32,000 bases of DNA from Micromonospora polyrhachis. Its GTDB lineage: Bacteria > Actinomycetota > Actinomycetes > Mycobacteriales > Micromonosporaceae. The notes under the pieces are model-generated. The model saw only the letters and a program-made list of their open reading frames with translations, made no database searches and was not told where the DNA came from. Positions 7,900 through 19,453 of this stretch are shown here, piece after piece (the stretch's first letter is position 1; each line of letters starts with the position of its first letter). The position numbers and the translations under genes are program-made. The DNA lies in the NCBI RefSeq assembly GCF_014203835.1, contig NZ_JACHJW010000001.1:2285176-2317175 (forward strand). The letters are read 5' to 3'.

Positions 7900-8326
7900 G
7901 ACCTACCGACCGGTGCCTGCTGCAGCGGACAGGGCCGCACGCGGCACGGCCGCGATTTCACCAGAACGAGGCCGGTTTGGGAAGTCACAGGAGACCTGAA
8001 AACGGTCACACAGCACGCAACCACTGTTCTACTCAACGAGTACCTTCATTCTCACAAGTCTCTGATCAGGCGGGATAGCCCAGAGTGGCGGTTTGCAGCT
8101 GGAAAGTTAAGATTTGCAAACATCTCGTCCTGCCAATATGTGGGAACGCCGTCCCGAAACGCGTCCGGGTCCCCGCTTGACCCGAGCGCCCGCCATTGGC
8201 AAGGTTTTGCAGGTTTGAAGGCTTCGCGCACACCGTACGGCACACCACCCCCGTTCCTCCAATGAGGACGGATCCGTCGGCGGTGACCGGGTAGACCAGC
8301 CCGCGCCGCGCACATGGAGGACTGAG

Positions 8327-9514
8327 TTGAGGCCCATCCGCTCCGCGACACTCACGGTGTTCGCGTCAGCCCTATTGGCTACCACTATGACCGGCTGTTC
8401 GTTGGGCCGGGAGCAGCAGGACACCAGTGAGATCGTCATCGCAGCCGACCTGGAACTGTCCGGTGCCTCGGCACCGGCGGGCAAGGCCTATCAGCGCGCA
8501 CTGGAACTCAAGGTTGAGCAGCTCAATGATTCCGGTGCGCTCGGCGCCCGGAAAATTCGGCTGTTCGTCAAGGACAATCGATCCGATCCAGCCGAGTCAC
8601 TCCGCAACATCGGTGACTTCACCAACGATCCGACGGTGAGCGCGATCGTCATGGGCGGCTGCAATGAATGCGCCGTCGGTGCGGCCGGCACCGTCAACGA
8701 CAAGAAGGTTCCGACGATCGCGCTGGCTCCGGTGAGCAAGATCGCCAGTCCGGTGGCCGAGCGCCGATACATGTTCAAGCTCGCACCGAACGCCATCGAC
8801 AGCGCCACCGCGTTGGCCACCGAACTCAAGCGCAAGGGTGTGAAGCGGGTCTCGCTGCTACACACCGACGACGACTACGGGAAAGAGGGAGCCACCCTTC
8901 TAGAGGGCGAACTGGACAAGGTGGATATCCGGCTGAGCCGGGCCCAGAGCATCAAGCCCACCGACACCGAACTCAACCAGCCGGTCCGCAGCCTGGCCAG
9001 CGCCAGGGCCGACGCGATGGTCATCTGGACCCCGGCCGAGCAGGCCCTCCTCGCCGCCACCGCGGTCGCGGCCACCTCGTTCGACGGCGAGCTCTACTTC
9101 GACGCCTCGGCGGCGGGCGACCTGTTCCTGGGCGGTGGTGCGGCGGCGACCGCGGCCAGCGACGCCACGTTGGTCTTCACCCAGACGATGGTCATCGACG
9201 ACGTGATCGCCACCACCCCGGCGAAGGCCGCCCGCAAGCAGTGGTTCCGGTCCTACACGGCCCGGTTCGGCAGCTACTACGGCACCTCCTCGTTCGCCGC
9301 CGACGCGGTACAGCTCGTCGCGGACGCGGTGGTGAAGGCCAAGGGTACGGCCGGTTCCCTCAACCGGGACGGGATCCGGGACGTCCTGGAGACCTCCCAG
9401 TTGGAGGGGCTGTCCGGGCCGATCCGGATGACGCCGGACAACCACTCCGGGCTGATGCCCCAGGCGCTGACCACGCTGGTGGCACGGGGTGGTCGCTGGC
9501 GGTTGGCAGGCTGA
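8327..9514 (+). CDS. Orphan periplasmic solute-binding lipoprotein, LivJ / branched-chain amino acid (Peripla_BP_6) family
   Basis: TTG start preceded by ggagga (8315-8320). The signal peptide has a lipobox (LLATTMTGC). The segment IVIAADLELSGASAPAGKAYQRALELKVEQLNDSGALGARKIRLFVKDNRSDP fits the family N-terminal pattern. No cognate permease or ATPase genes are adjacent. Confidence 0.85.
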   Translation: MRPIRSATLTVFASALLATTMTGCSLGREQQDTSEIVIAADLELSGASAPAGKAYQRALELKVEQLNDSGALGARKIRLFVKDNRSDPAESLRNIGDFTNDPTVSAIVMGGCNECAVGAAGTVNDKKVPTIALAPVSKIASPVAERRYMFKLAPNAIDSATALATELKRKGVKRVSLLHTDDDYGKEGATLLEGELDKVDIRLSRAQSIKPTDTELNQPVRSLASARADAMVIWTPAEQALLAATAVAATSFDGELYFDASAAGDLFLGGGAAATAASDATLVFTQTMVIDDVIATTPAKAARKQWFRSYTARFGSYYGTSSFAADAVQLVADAVVKAKGTAGSLNRDGIRDVLETSQLEGLSGPIRMTPDNHSGLMPQALTTLVARGGRWRLAG

Positions 9515-9527
9515 CCCCGTTCGACGC

Positions 9528-9569
9528 AACGGCTACGAGTCGGCCCACCCGGGCCGGCTCGTAGCCGTT
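9528..9569 (+). terminator. Long near-perfect hairpin after the binding-protein gene (intrinsic terminator candidate)
   Basis: aacggctacgag t cggccc accc gggccg g ctcgtagccgtt: 12 + 6 paired positions with a 4-nt loop, followed by tctc. It starts 14 nt after the stop at 9514. Confidence 0.6.
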
Positions 9570-9657
9570 TCTCGCCGCACTCTCGGATGTCGTCGAGCCC
9601 TAGCCGTTTCCTTGCCGCACTCTCGGATGTCGTCGAGCCCTAGCCGGTTCTCGTCCG
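9562..9657. repeat. About 40-nt direct tandem repeat, 2.4 copies, in a convergent intergenic spacer
   Basis: Copy 1 is tagccgtttctcgccgcactctcggatgtcgtcgagccc (9562-9600). Copy 2 is tagccgtttccttgccgcactctcggatgtcgtcgagccc (9601-9640). The partial third copy is tagccggttctcgtccg (9641-9657). Copy 1 begins inside the 3-prime arm of the terminator hairpin. Confidence 0.9.
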
Positions 9658-9681
9658 ACCGGGGGCGGTGACGTTCTCCGG

Positions 9682-10521
9682 TCAGCGAGCGGAGGTGGTC
9701 GCCCGCACCCAGGGCAACGCGAGCCGTTCCAGGAGCGTCAGCACGGCGTAGAGCAGGATGCTGAAGAGCGCGATCAGCAGGATGGCCGCCCAGGCGGTCG
9801 GGCTGTCACCGATGCCGAGGGACTGGACGATCTCGTAGCCGAGGCCGCCCTCCCCCGCCTGGAACTCGCCCATCACCGCGCCGATGGCCGCCAGTGGCAT
9901 GGCCACCTTCAGCCCGACGAAGATCTGCGGTAGAGCGGCCGGCAACCGCACCTTGCGGAACGCCTGCCACCAGGAGGCATCCAGGGATCGCGCCAGCTCG
10001 GCCAGCTCCGCCGGGGTCGTGGTCAGCCCGGTGGCGGTGGCCAGGACGATCGGAAAGAAGCAGAGCAGGAAGACCATGGTCAGGATGGGCGGCTGCCCCC
10101 ACCCGAGGGTGACCACCAGCAGCGGTGCAAGGGCGATCTTGGGTACCGAGTTGACCGCCACCAGCAGTGGCGAGAACATTCGGGCCGCGAAGCGGGAGCC
10201 GGCCAACAACAGCCCGATCAGCACCCCGGCCACGGTGGAGAGGCCGAAGCCGATCAGTGTCTCGGTCGCGGTCAGGGTGGTCTGCTCGATCAGGCGGTCA
10301 GAGGACGCGGTGAAGGCGGACAGGACGTCCTGGGGCGGCGGCAGGGCCATCGGGTGGACGAGTTCCACCTCGGTGACCAGCCACCAGACAGCGATCGTGA
10401 CCACCAGTCCGAGCAGGGGTGGCACCAGGGTACGTACGGCGTCGGTGGTCCGGGCCGGACGGGCGCCCCGCGGGGTCGACGCGTCCGACGTCCGGCGCGG
10501 CGCTGACCGGATCTCGGTCAT
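9682..10521 (-). CDS. ABC transporter permease (BPD_transp_1; NitT/TauT/SsuC-like)
   Basis: 279 aa with about 6 hydrophobic segments and an EAA-like loop (ELARSLDASWWQAFRKVRLPAALPQIF). A strong RBS gaggagg lies upstream of the ATG at 10521. Confidence 0.9.
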   Translation of the reverse strand: MTEIRSAPRRTSDASTPRGARPARTTDAVRTLVPPLLGLVVTIAVWWLVTEVELVHPMALPPPQDVLSAFTASSDRLIEQTTLTATETLIGFGLSTVAGVLIGLLLAGSRFAARMFSPLLVAVNSVPKIALAPLLVVTLGWGQPPILTMVFLLCFFPIVLATATGLTTTPAELAELARSLDASWWQAFRKVRLPAALPQIFVGLKVAMPLAAIGAVMGEFQAGEGGLGYEIVQSLGIGDSPTAWAAILLIALFSILLYAVLTLLERLALPWVRATTSAR

Positions 10522-10654
10522 CTGTTCCTCCTCGTTCGACCCGAGGGGTCCGGGTCAGGCCGGCCCGGAAGGTCCGGGCCGGGACAGCGCGGGGGCGCGT
10601 CCGCCGGATTGGTCCGGCGGGCACACCCCCAACTGCGATTGAGCGAGCGGCCGC

Positions 10655-11680
10655 TCAGGCCTTCGGTGTCAGGTTGAAGTCGACGATCTGCTCCGGGGTG
10701 AGCCCGGCCGGGATCGAGCCGGCGCCCTGCAACAGCGCGATGCACCGCGCCACCCGCTGGCTGTCCAGCGTGCCGGCCTTGGCACCCGAACCGGCGGACC
10801 GCACGAACGCCTCCATCAGCTGCAACTCGGCGGCGGCGGACTGGGGGTTGGCGGTGGGCTCGTTCTTCTTGAGCATGTCGCCCGCCTCGGCCGGGTTGGC
10901 CAGGCTGTAGTCGAGCCCCTTGAGCAGCGCCTCGCTGAAGCGCTTGACCATGTCGGGCTTCTCCTTGGCCAGCTTGCTCGACGTGATCAGCACGTTGCCG
11001 TAGAGGTCGGTCATCACGTCGCTGTACGGCAACATGACGGCCTTCTTCTTGGTGACCGCCTCCACGGTGGGCTTACCCACGACGAACTGCCCGATGCCGT
11101 CGACGGCACCCGAGCCGAGCATGCCCATCAGCGCCGACGCCTCACCGTTGGGCCACTGGACCTTGCTGGCGTCCACCCCGGCCAGCCGGGCGTACGTCGG
11201 GAAGAGCAGCCGGACGACGGAGCCGGCGGTGTCGGCGACCTTCTTGCCTTCGAGGTCCTTGGGGGTGGCGATGCCCTTGCCCTCGGTCGAGAAGATGGCC
11301 GCCATGGTGCGCTGCTGGATGGCCGCCACCGCGACGAAGTCCTTGGCCTCACCCTTGCCGACCTGCAACAACGCACCGGTCAGGTCGACCGGGGTGAAGT
11401 CGGCCTTGCCGCTGACCACGAGCCCGATGTTGCCACCGGTGCCCTGGCCGGACTTGATGTCGACATCGAAGCCAGCCTCTTTGAAGAATCCCTTCTCCTT
11501 GGCAACCCATGCATAGGCGTCACGGCCGAAGTTGCCAAAAGAAGTGAGATACGTCACTTTTTCTAGTTTGCCATCGCCTTTGGAGTCCTCGGACTTGTCC
11601 GAGCTGCAACCGCCCACGAGCGCCAGTGCCGTGGCGAGCGCCACCGTCGTGACTGTCCGGGTCAGCCTTTTCATGAACAC
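10655..11680 (-). CDS. ABC transporter substrate-binding lipoprotein, NMT1/THI5-like (SsuA/TauA/ThiY-type) family
   Basis: 341 aa with a signal peptide and lipobox (ALVGGCSS). The overall pattern (KVTYLTSFGNFGRDAYAWVAKEKGFFKEAGFDVDIKSG) fits NMT1-like binding proteins. The start may be the ATG at 11674 rather than the GTG at 11680. Confidence 0.85.
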   Translation of the reverse strand: MFMKRLTRTVTTVALATALALVGGCSSDKSEDSKGDGKLEKVTYLTSFGNFGRDAYAWVAKEKGFFKEAGFDVDIKSGQGTGGNIGLVVSGKADFTPVDLTGALLQVGKGEAKDFVAVAAIQQRTMAAIFSTEGKGIATPKDLEGKKVADTAGSVVRLLFPTYARLAGVDASKVQWPNGEASALMGMLGSGAVDGIGQFVVGKPTVEAVTKKKAVMLPYSDVMTDLYGNVLITSSKLAKEKPDMVKRFSEALLKGLDYSLANPAEAGDMLKKNEPTANPQSAAAELQLMEAFVRSAGSGAKAGTLDSQRVARCIALLQGAGSIPAGLTPEQIVDFNLTPKA

Positions 11681-11946
11681 CGTTTCCTTTCCGCCCGGAG
11701 GCGCGAGCCTTCCGGAGGGGTTCAGCTAGCGGGTACGGCATCGGGCCAAGAGGTTTGTACGCGCTGCCGTGTCGGGTGAAGATTCTTCGCCGGACAGCGT
11801 ACGAGAATCACACCTTTGTGGCACCAGAGTCATCAGGTTGCGGAACGGAAACAAAACATCACACCGACCCGGGGCTGCTTTGCGCGGCCAATGCGGTTAG
11901 CCTTGCCAGCCTGATGATCCGTCGTCACTGGACTGGAGCCTGCCGG

Positions 11947-12795
11947 ATGATCCGACTTTCGGGAGTTTCCCGTACCTTTTCTGGCCGGAGCGGCACGGTG
12001 GAGGCGCTGCGCGGGATCGACTTGGACGTGGCCGACGGTGAGTTCGTGGCGATCCTCGGTCGGTCCGGCTGCGGCAAGTCCACTCTGCTCCGTATCATCG
12101 CCGGTCTCCTACCCGCCACCGACGGACTGGTCTCCGTTGCCGGCGAGCCCGTGACCAGGGCACGGCAGGACATCGCGATGCTGTTCCAGCGGCCTGCGCT
12201 GCTGCCCTGGCGGTCGGTACTCGACAACGTGCTGCTTCCGGTGGAACTCTTCGGCTGGCGCCGGGCCAAGCACCGGGCCCGCGCCCTTGAGCTGCTGGAA
12301 ATGGCCGGTCTGGGTGGCTTCGAGAAGCGACTGCCCCACGAACTCTCCGGTGGGATGCAGCAGCGGGTATCCCTGTGCCGCTCGCTGGTCGGCAACCCTC
12401 GGGTGCTGCTGATGGACGAGCCGTTCTCCGCCCTGGACGCCCTGACCCGGCAGGAGCTGTCGGTCGAGTTGCAACGCGTCCACATGGAGAACCGCTCCAC
12501 CATCGTCTTCGTCACCCACTCCATCGACGAGGCGGTGCTGCTCGCCGACCGGGTGGTCGTCCTCAGCCCACGACCGGGCCGGCTCCGGAAGGTGGTCGAC
12601 ATCGACATCCCCCGGCCGCGCACGTTGGGCCGCAACGACCACCTCGAAGAGGTCGCCCGGTGCAGCGCCGACCTGCACGAACTGCTGATGGAACGAGAGC
12701 GGCCCGACGCCGCGCCCGAGAGCGGTCGGGCCAGTCTGGTCGAGCCGCCGAGGGCCCAGGCCGAAGACCTGGCAACGGCGGGTAAGGGGCAGTAA
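11947..12795 (+). CDS. ABC transporter ATP-binding protein (NitT/TauT family)
   Basis: Walker A GRSGCGKST, signature LSGGMQQR, Walker B LLMDEPFSALD, H-loop FVTHS. I place the start at the ATG at 11947 (MIRLSGVSRTF...), typical for this family. The track start at 11755 would add about 64 poorly coding-looking residues across the low-GC divergent promoter region. Confidence 0.88.
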   Translation: MIRLSGVSRTFSGRSGTVEALRGIDLDVADGEFVAILGRSGCGKSTLLRIIAGLLPATDGLVSVAGEPVTRARQDIAMLFQRPALLPWRSVLDNVLLPVELFGWRRAKHRARALELLEMAGLGGFEKRLPHELSGGMQQRVSLCRSLVGNPRVLLMDEPFSALDALTRQELSVELQRVHMENRSTIVFVTHSIDEAVLLADRVVVLSPRPGRLRKVVDIDIPRPRTLGRNDHLEEVARCSADLHELLMERERPDAAPESGRASLVEPPRAQAEDLATAGKGQ

Positions 12796-13772
12796 TGATC
12801 ACGCGGGTGTGCGTCTTCACCGAACCGCACCGGGGCGCGACCTACGACGACCAGCTCCGGTTCGCCCGGCTGGCCGAGGACGGTGGATTCGAGGGCTTCT
12901 TCCGCGCCGACCACTACCAGGCGATGGCCGACGACCACGGGGACCCCGGGCCGACCGACGCCTGGCTCACCCTGGCCGCGCTGGCCCGGGAGACCCATCG
13001 AATCCGGCTCGGCACGCTGGTGACCTCGGCGACCTTCCGGCTGCCCGGCCCGTTGGCGGTGATGGTCGCCCAGGTCGACCAGATGAGCGGCGGCCGGGTC
13101 GAGCTGGGCATCGGAGCCGGCTGGTACGAGCGCGAGCATCTCTCGTACGGCATCCCGTACCCCAGCATCGGGCAGCGTTTCGACCGGCTGGAGGAGCAGC
13201 TCGAAGTCATCGCCGGGCTGTGGTCCACACCGGTCGGTGAACGGTTCAGCCACTACGGGGACCACTACCGGCTGGTCGACTCTCCGGCGCTGCCCAAGCC
13301 GATGCAGGCACCTGGTCCGCCCATCATCGTCGGCGGCCGGGGCGTGAAGCGTACCCCGGAGCTGGCCGCCCGCTTCGCCGACGAGTTCAACGCACCCTTC
13401 AAGACCATCGCGGCGACCACGGAGATGTACGAACGGGTCACCGAGGCCTGTGACCGGTTCGGACGGACCGACAGCGGCCGGGCACCGCTGGTCCGCTCGG
13501 CCGGCATCGTCGTGGCGATCGGTCGCACCGACGCGGAGGCCCGACGGCGGGCCGTCCCGCTACACGTACCGAGTGCGCTGCCACCGGAGGACCCGGTGGT
13601 CGGCTCGCCCGCCCAGCTCGTCGAGCGGATCGGCGAGTTCGCCGCAATCGGTGCCACCCGGGTGCACCTACGGATGGTCGACATGGCCGACCTGGACCAC
13701 CTGGAACTGATCGCCAGCGAGGTGCTACCACAGCTGGGAGCGGTACCATCAGCCGTCTCGACAGGCGCGTGA
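12795..13772 (+). CDS. LLM-class (luciferase-like) F420-dependent oxidoreductase
   Basis: 325 aa. FTEPHRGATYDDQLRFARLAEDGGFEGFFRADHY...LGTLVTSATFRLPGPLAVMVAQVDQMSGGRVELGIGAGW is the typical pattern of the F420-dependent LLM subgroup. Its ATG overlaps the TAA stop of the ATPase gene (taATG), which indicates translational coupling. Confidence 0.85.
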   Translation: MITRVCVFTEPHRGATYDDQLRFARLAEDGGFEGFFRADHYQAMADDHGDPGPTDAWLTLAALARETHRIRLGTLVTSATFRLPGPLAVMVAQVDQMSGGRVELGIGAGWYEREHLSYGIPYPSIGQRFDRLEEQLEVIAGLWSTPVGERFSHYGDHYRLVDSPALPKPMQAPGPPIIVGGRGVKRTPELAARFADEFNAPFKTIAATTEMYERVTEACDRFGRTDSGRAPLVRSAGIVVAIGRTDAEARRRAVPLHVPSALPPEDPVVGSPAQLVERIGEFAAIGATRVHLRMVDMADLDHLELIASEVLPQLGAVPSAVSTGA

Positions 13773-13856
13773 CGAGGACTCGGACCGCTTCTGATAACAC
13801 CCCGCCAACCTGACTCTCAGTCACCTTGACTAGTGGCTATTAATCGGCGAAAGCCT

Positions 13857-13998
13857 TCTTTGCTCTGCTTCCCCAACGGAAACACTTCAACCCTGACCAG
13901 CTTTCTTCCCTAAGCTATCGATACGACACGGTGAATCCACCGAAACGACACTCGATAACGTTCCGTGAAATGTTTCCTATAGGGAAGCAAAGCAAAGA
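13857..13998. repeat. Low-GC 142-bp element bounded by 33-nt imperfect inverted repeats (MITE-like element or long RNA hairpin)
   Basis: The left arm is tctttgctctgcttccccaacggaaacacttca (13857-13889). The reverse complement of the right arm (13966-13998) is tctttgctttgcttccctataggaaacatttca. By hand alignment 28 of 33 positions match. My hand count gives about 45-52% GC for 13861-13980, against much higher GC in the flanking genes. The right arm ends 2 nt before the thiC stop codon. Confidence 0.6.
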
Positions 13999-14000
13999 GC

Positions 14001-15596
<1,596 letters not shown>

Positions 15597-15631
15597 CTAC
15601 CTCCTGCTGCTGTTCGGCATCGGCGTCAGCC

Positions 15632-15716
15632 GTTGTCGGCCGTCGTTCGTTGTCGGCCGTCGTTCGTTGTCGGCCGTCGTTCGTTGTCGGCCGTCAGTCG
15701 TTGTCGGCCGTCGTTC
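15632..15716. repeat. Five tandem copies of a 17-nt unit spanning the thiD stop codon and most of the thiD-thiC spacer
   Basis: gttgtcggccgtcgttc occurs at 15632, 15649, 15666 and 15700. The variant gttgtcggccgtcagtc occurs at 15683. The thiD stop codon (complement of 15694-15696, tca) lies in the variant copy. Confidence 0.92.
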
Positions 15717-16496
15717 GGTTCCATCCGAGGTGGTCCAGGGGGCCCCGGCCCCCGCCCAGCCGCCAGTGCCGAGCACCGGCGAGCGCCGCCGCCACATAGA
15801 CCTTGGCGAACCGCACCGCGTCGGGGACCGGGTCACCCAGACCGAGCCGTACGGCGATCGCCGTGGAGAACGAGCAGCCGGTGCCGTGGGTGTGCGGGGT
15901 GTCGACCCGAGGTCCGGACAGCATCTGGCTCTCCGTCCCGGTCCACAGCACGTCGACCGCCTCCGTCCCGGCGGTCCGGTCGCCGCCGGTCACCACCACG
16001 TACCGGGGGCCACCCGAGGCGATCTCCCGCGCCGCATCCGCCATCTCGGTCGGGGTCGTCACCGGTCGGCCCACGATCGCGGCGGCCTCCGCGCTGTTGG
16101 GCGTGGTCACCAGCGCGTACGGCAGCAGGCGCTCCGCCGCACCGACCACACCGAGCCGGTGCCCGCTGGTCGACACCAGCACCGGGTCGACCACCAGGTT
16201 GGGCAGCAAGCCGGCCCGGGCCCGGGCCGCCACCACGGACGCGATCTCCGGAGTGCCGAGCATGCCGGTCTTGACCGCCCGCAGCGAGAAGTCCGCCAGG
16301 ACCGCATCGAGCTGTGCGGTCACCACGTCGGGCAGGACCGGGTAGGCGCCGAAGACCCCGAGTGTGTTCTGCGCGGTGGTGGCGGTGACCACCGACGTGC
16401 CGTACGCCCCGAGCGCGGCACAGACCTTCAGGTCGGCCTGGATCCCGGCACCCGCCCCGGAATCCGATCCGGCGATGGTGAGCACCACCGGGGGCG

Positions 16497-16500
<4 letters not shown>
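15694..16500 (-). CDS. thiD: Hydroxymethylpyrimidine / phosphomethylpyrimidine kinase
   Basis: From the GTG at 16500 the product is [25 protein letters not shown]...VKTGML...THGTGCSFS, the canonical ThiD sequence. The 556-aa track ORF (15694..17364) is a read-through artefact. The GTG overlaps the TGA of the upstream gene (GTGA at 16497-16500). Confidence 0.93.
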
Positions 16501-18294
<1,794 letters not shown>

Positions 18295-18331
18295 GTCCCC
18301 ATCCCTGGTCAGCCCAGCACCCGCTCAGCGC

Positions 18332-19453
18332 TCAGGCGACGGTCATGAACCGCTCCGGCAGGAACGACCCCAGCACCGGGGCCGGTACGCCGGTCGCCAA
18401 CAGTTCGGCGATGAGTACGGCGGTCACCGGAGCGAGTAGGATGCCGTGCCGGTAGTGCCCGGTCGCCACCACCACGGTCGGCCGGCCCGGCAGCGGCCCG
18501 AGGATCGGGGCGTTGTCCGGCGTACCGGGGCGCCACCCGACGCGCGCCTCCACCAGCTCGTACTCGACAAGCTCCGGCACCAGGTCGGCCGCCGCCCGGA
18601 GCAGGTCCAGCACCGCCCCGGCCGTGACCGTCGGGTCGGTTCGTTCCTCGACCGTCGCACCGACCACCACCTCGCCGTCAGCACGCGGCACGAGGTATAC
18701 CGACCGGCTGTCGGCGTACCCCCGGATGACATGCCGGAAGCCCGGTGGGCCGCCGCCGGGCGCACGCAGTCGGAGGATCTGCCCCTTCACCGGCCGGACC
18801 GGCAGGCCGGTCAGCGACGCGGTGCCGCAGCCGGCCGCCACCACCACGACCGGTTCGGGAATCGCGGACAGGTCGGTGACGGTGGTCGGGACGAACGACA
18901 CCCCGGCCTTGGCGGCGGCGACCCGGAGTGCGGCGACCAGGCGGCGCGGATCGACCTGATGGTCGTCGGGCGCGTGCGCCCCGCCGCGTACGCCGGGGGC
19001 GAGCAGCGGCTCGCGGTCGCGCAACTGCGCCGGGCGCAACGGTGTGATCGGCAAGCCGAGGCCCTGCTGGTACGACCAGAGCCGCCGCGCCTCGGCCAGG
19101 TCGTCCGGCGTGAGCCCGACGACCAGGGTGCCCTCGGTGCGGTAGCCGATATCCAGTTCGGACAGTTCGACGAGTTCGGCGGCGAATCCGGGCCATCGGG
19201 CGGCCGACTCGGTCATCAGCCGGGTCGACTCCTCCTCACCGAAGTACGCCTCGGCGACCGGGGCGAGCATGCCGGCGGCCACCCCCGACGAGCCCGACCC
19301 GGGCTCCGGGTCGTACACCGTCACCCGCATCCCGCGCGTCGCGCACCGCCATGCGGTGGCCAACCCGATCGGCCCACCCCCCACCACCGCCACGTCGGCA
19401 CGGAAGAGGCCCTCGTTGTCGGTTGCTGTGGTAGAAGGGGCCGGTCCTAACAC
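18332..19453 (-). CDS. thiO: Glycine oxidase (FAD-dependent)
   Basis: 373 aa with the dinucleotide-binding motif DVAVVGGGPIGLATAW and DAO-family features. The GTG start overlaps the thiE stop by 7 nt. Confidence 0.9.
   Translation of the reverse strand: MLGPAPSTTATDNEGLFRADVAVVGGGPIGLATAWRCATRGMRVTVYDPEPGSGSSGVAAGMLAPVAEAYFGEEESTRLMTESAARWPGFAAELVELSELDIGYRTEGTLVVGLTPDDLAEARRLWSYQQGLGLPITPLRPAQLRDREPLLAPGVRGGAHAPDDHQVDPRRLVAALRVAAAKAGVSFVPTTVTDLSAIPEPVVVVAAGCGTASLTGLPVRPVKGQILRLRAPGGGPPGFRHVIRGYADSRSVYLVPRADGEVVVGATVEERTDPTVTAGAVLDLLRAAADLVPELVEYELVEARVGWRPGTPDNAPILGPLPGRPTVVVATGHYRHGILLAPVTAVLIAELLATGVPAPVLGSFLPERFMTVA

Noticed and set aside
8052-8484. Minus-strand ORFs 8052..8351 (99 aa), 8066..8248 and 8107..8484 in the low-GC spacer
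   Set aside because: They have no RBS and no recognisable motifs, they overlap each other and the start of the binding-protein gene, and the region behaves like a divergent regulatory spacer. A small protein or sRNA cannot be excluded without expression data.
11681-11946. Possible TPP riboswitch controlling the THI5-like ABC transporter
   Set aside because: I scanned both strands for the CUGAGA ... ACC ... CCUGAUC(U/C)GG ... GCG ... GGGA core and found none.
11755-11946. Track start at 11755 for the ABC ATPase (an extra 64 aa)
   Set aside because: The extension runs through the low-GC divergent promoter region and has no similarity to ABC N-termini. The ATG at 11947 gives the standard MIRLSGVSRTF start.
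11925-13265. 446-aa minus-strand ORF, with 12109..12678 and others
   Set aside because: It is antisense to the ATPase (Walker A/B and signature motifs present) and to the LLM oxidoreductase. The product is Arg/Ser/Pro-rich.
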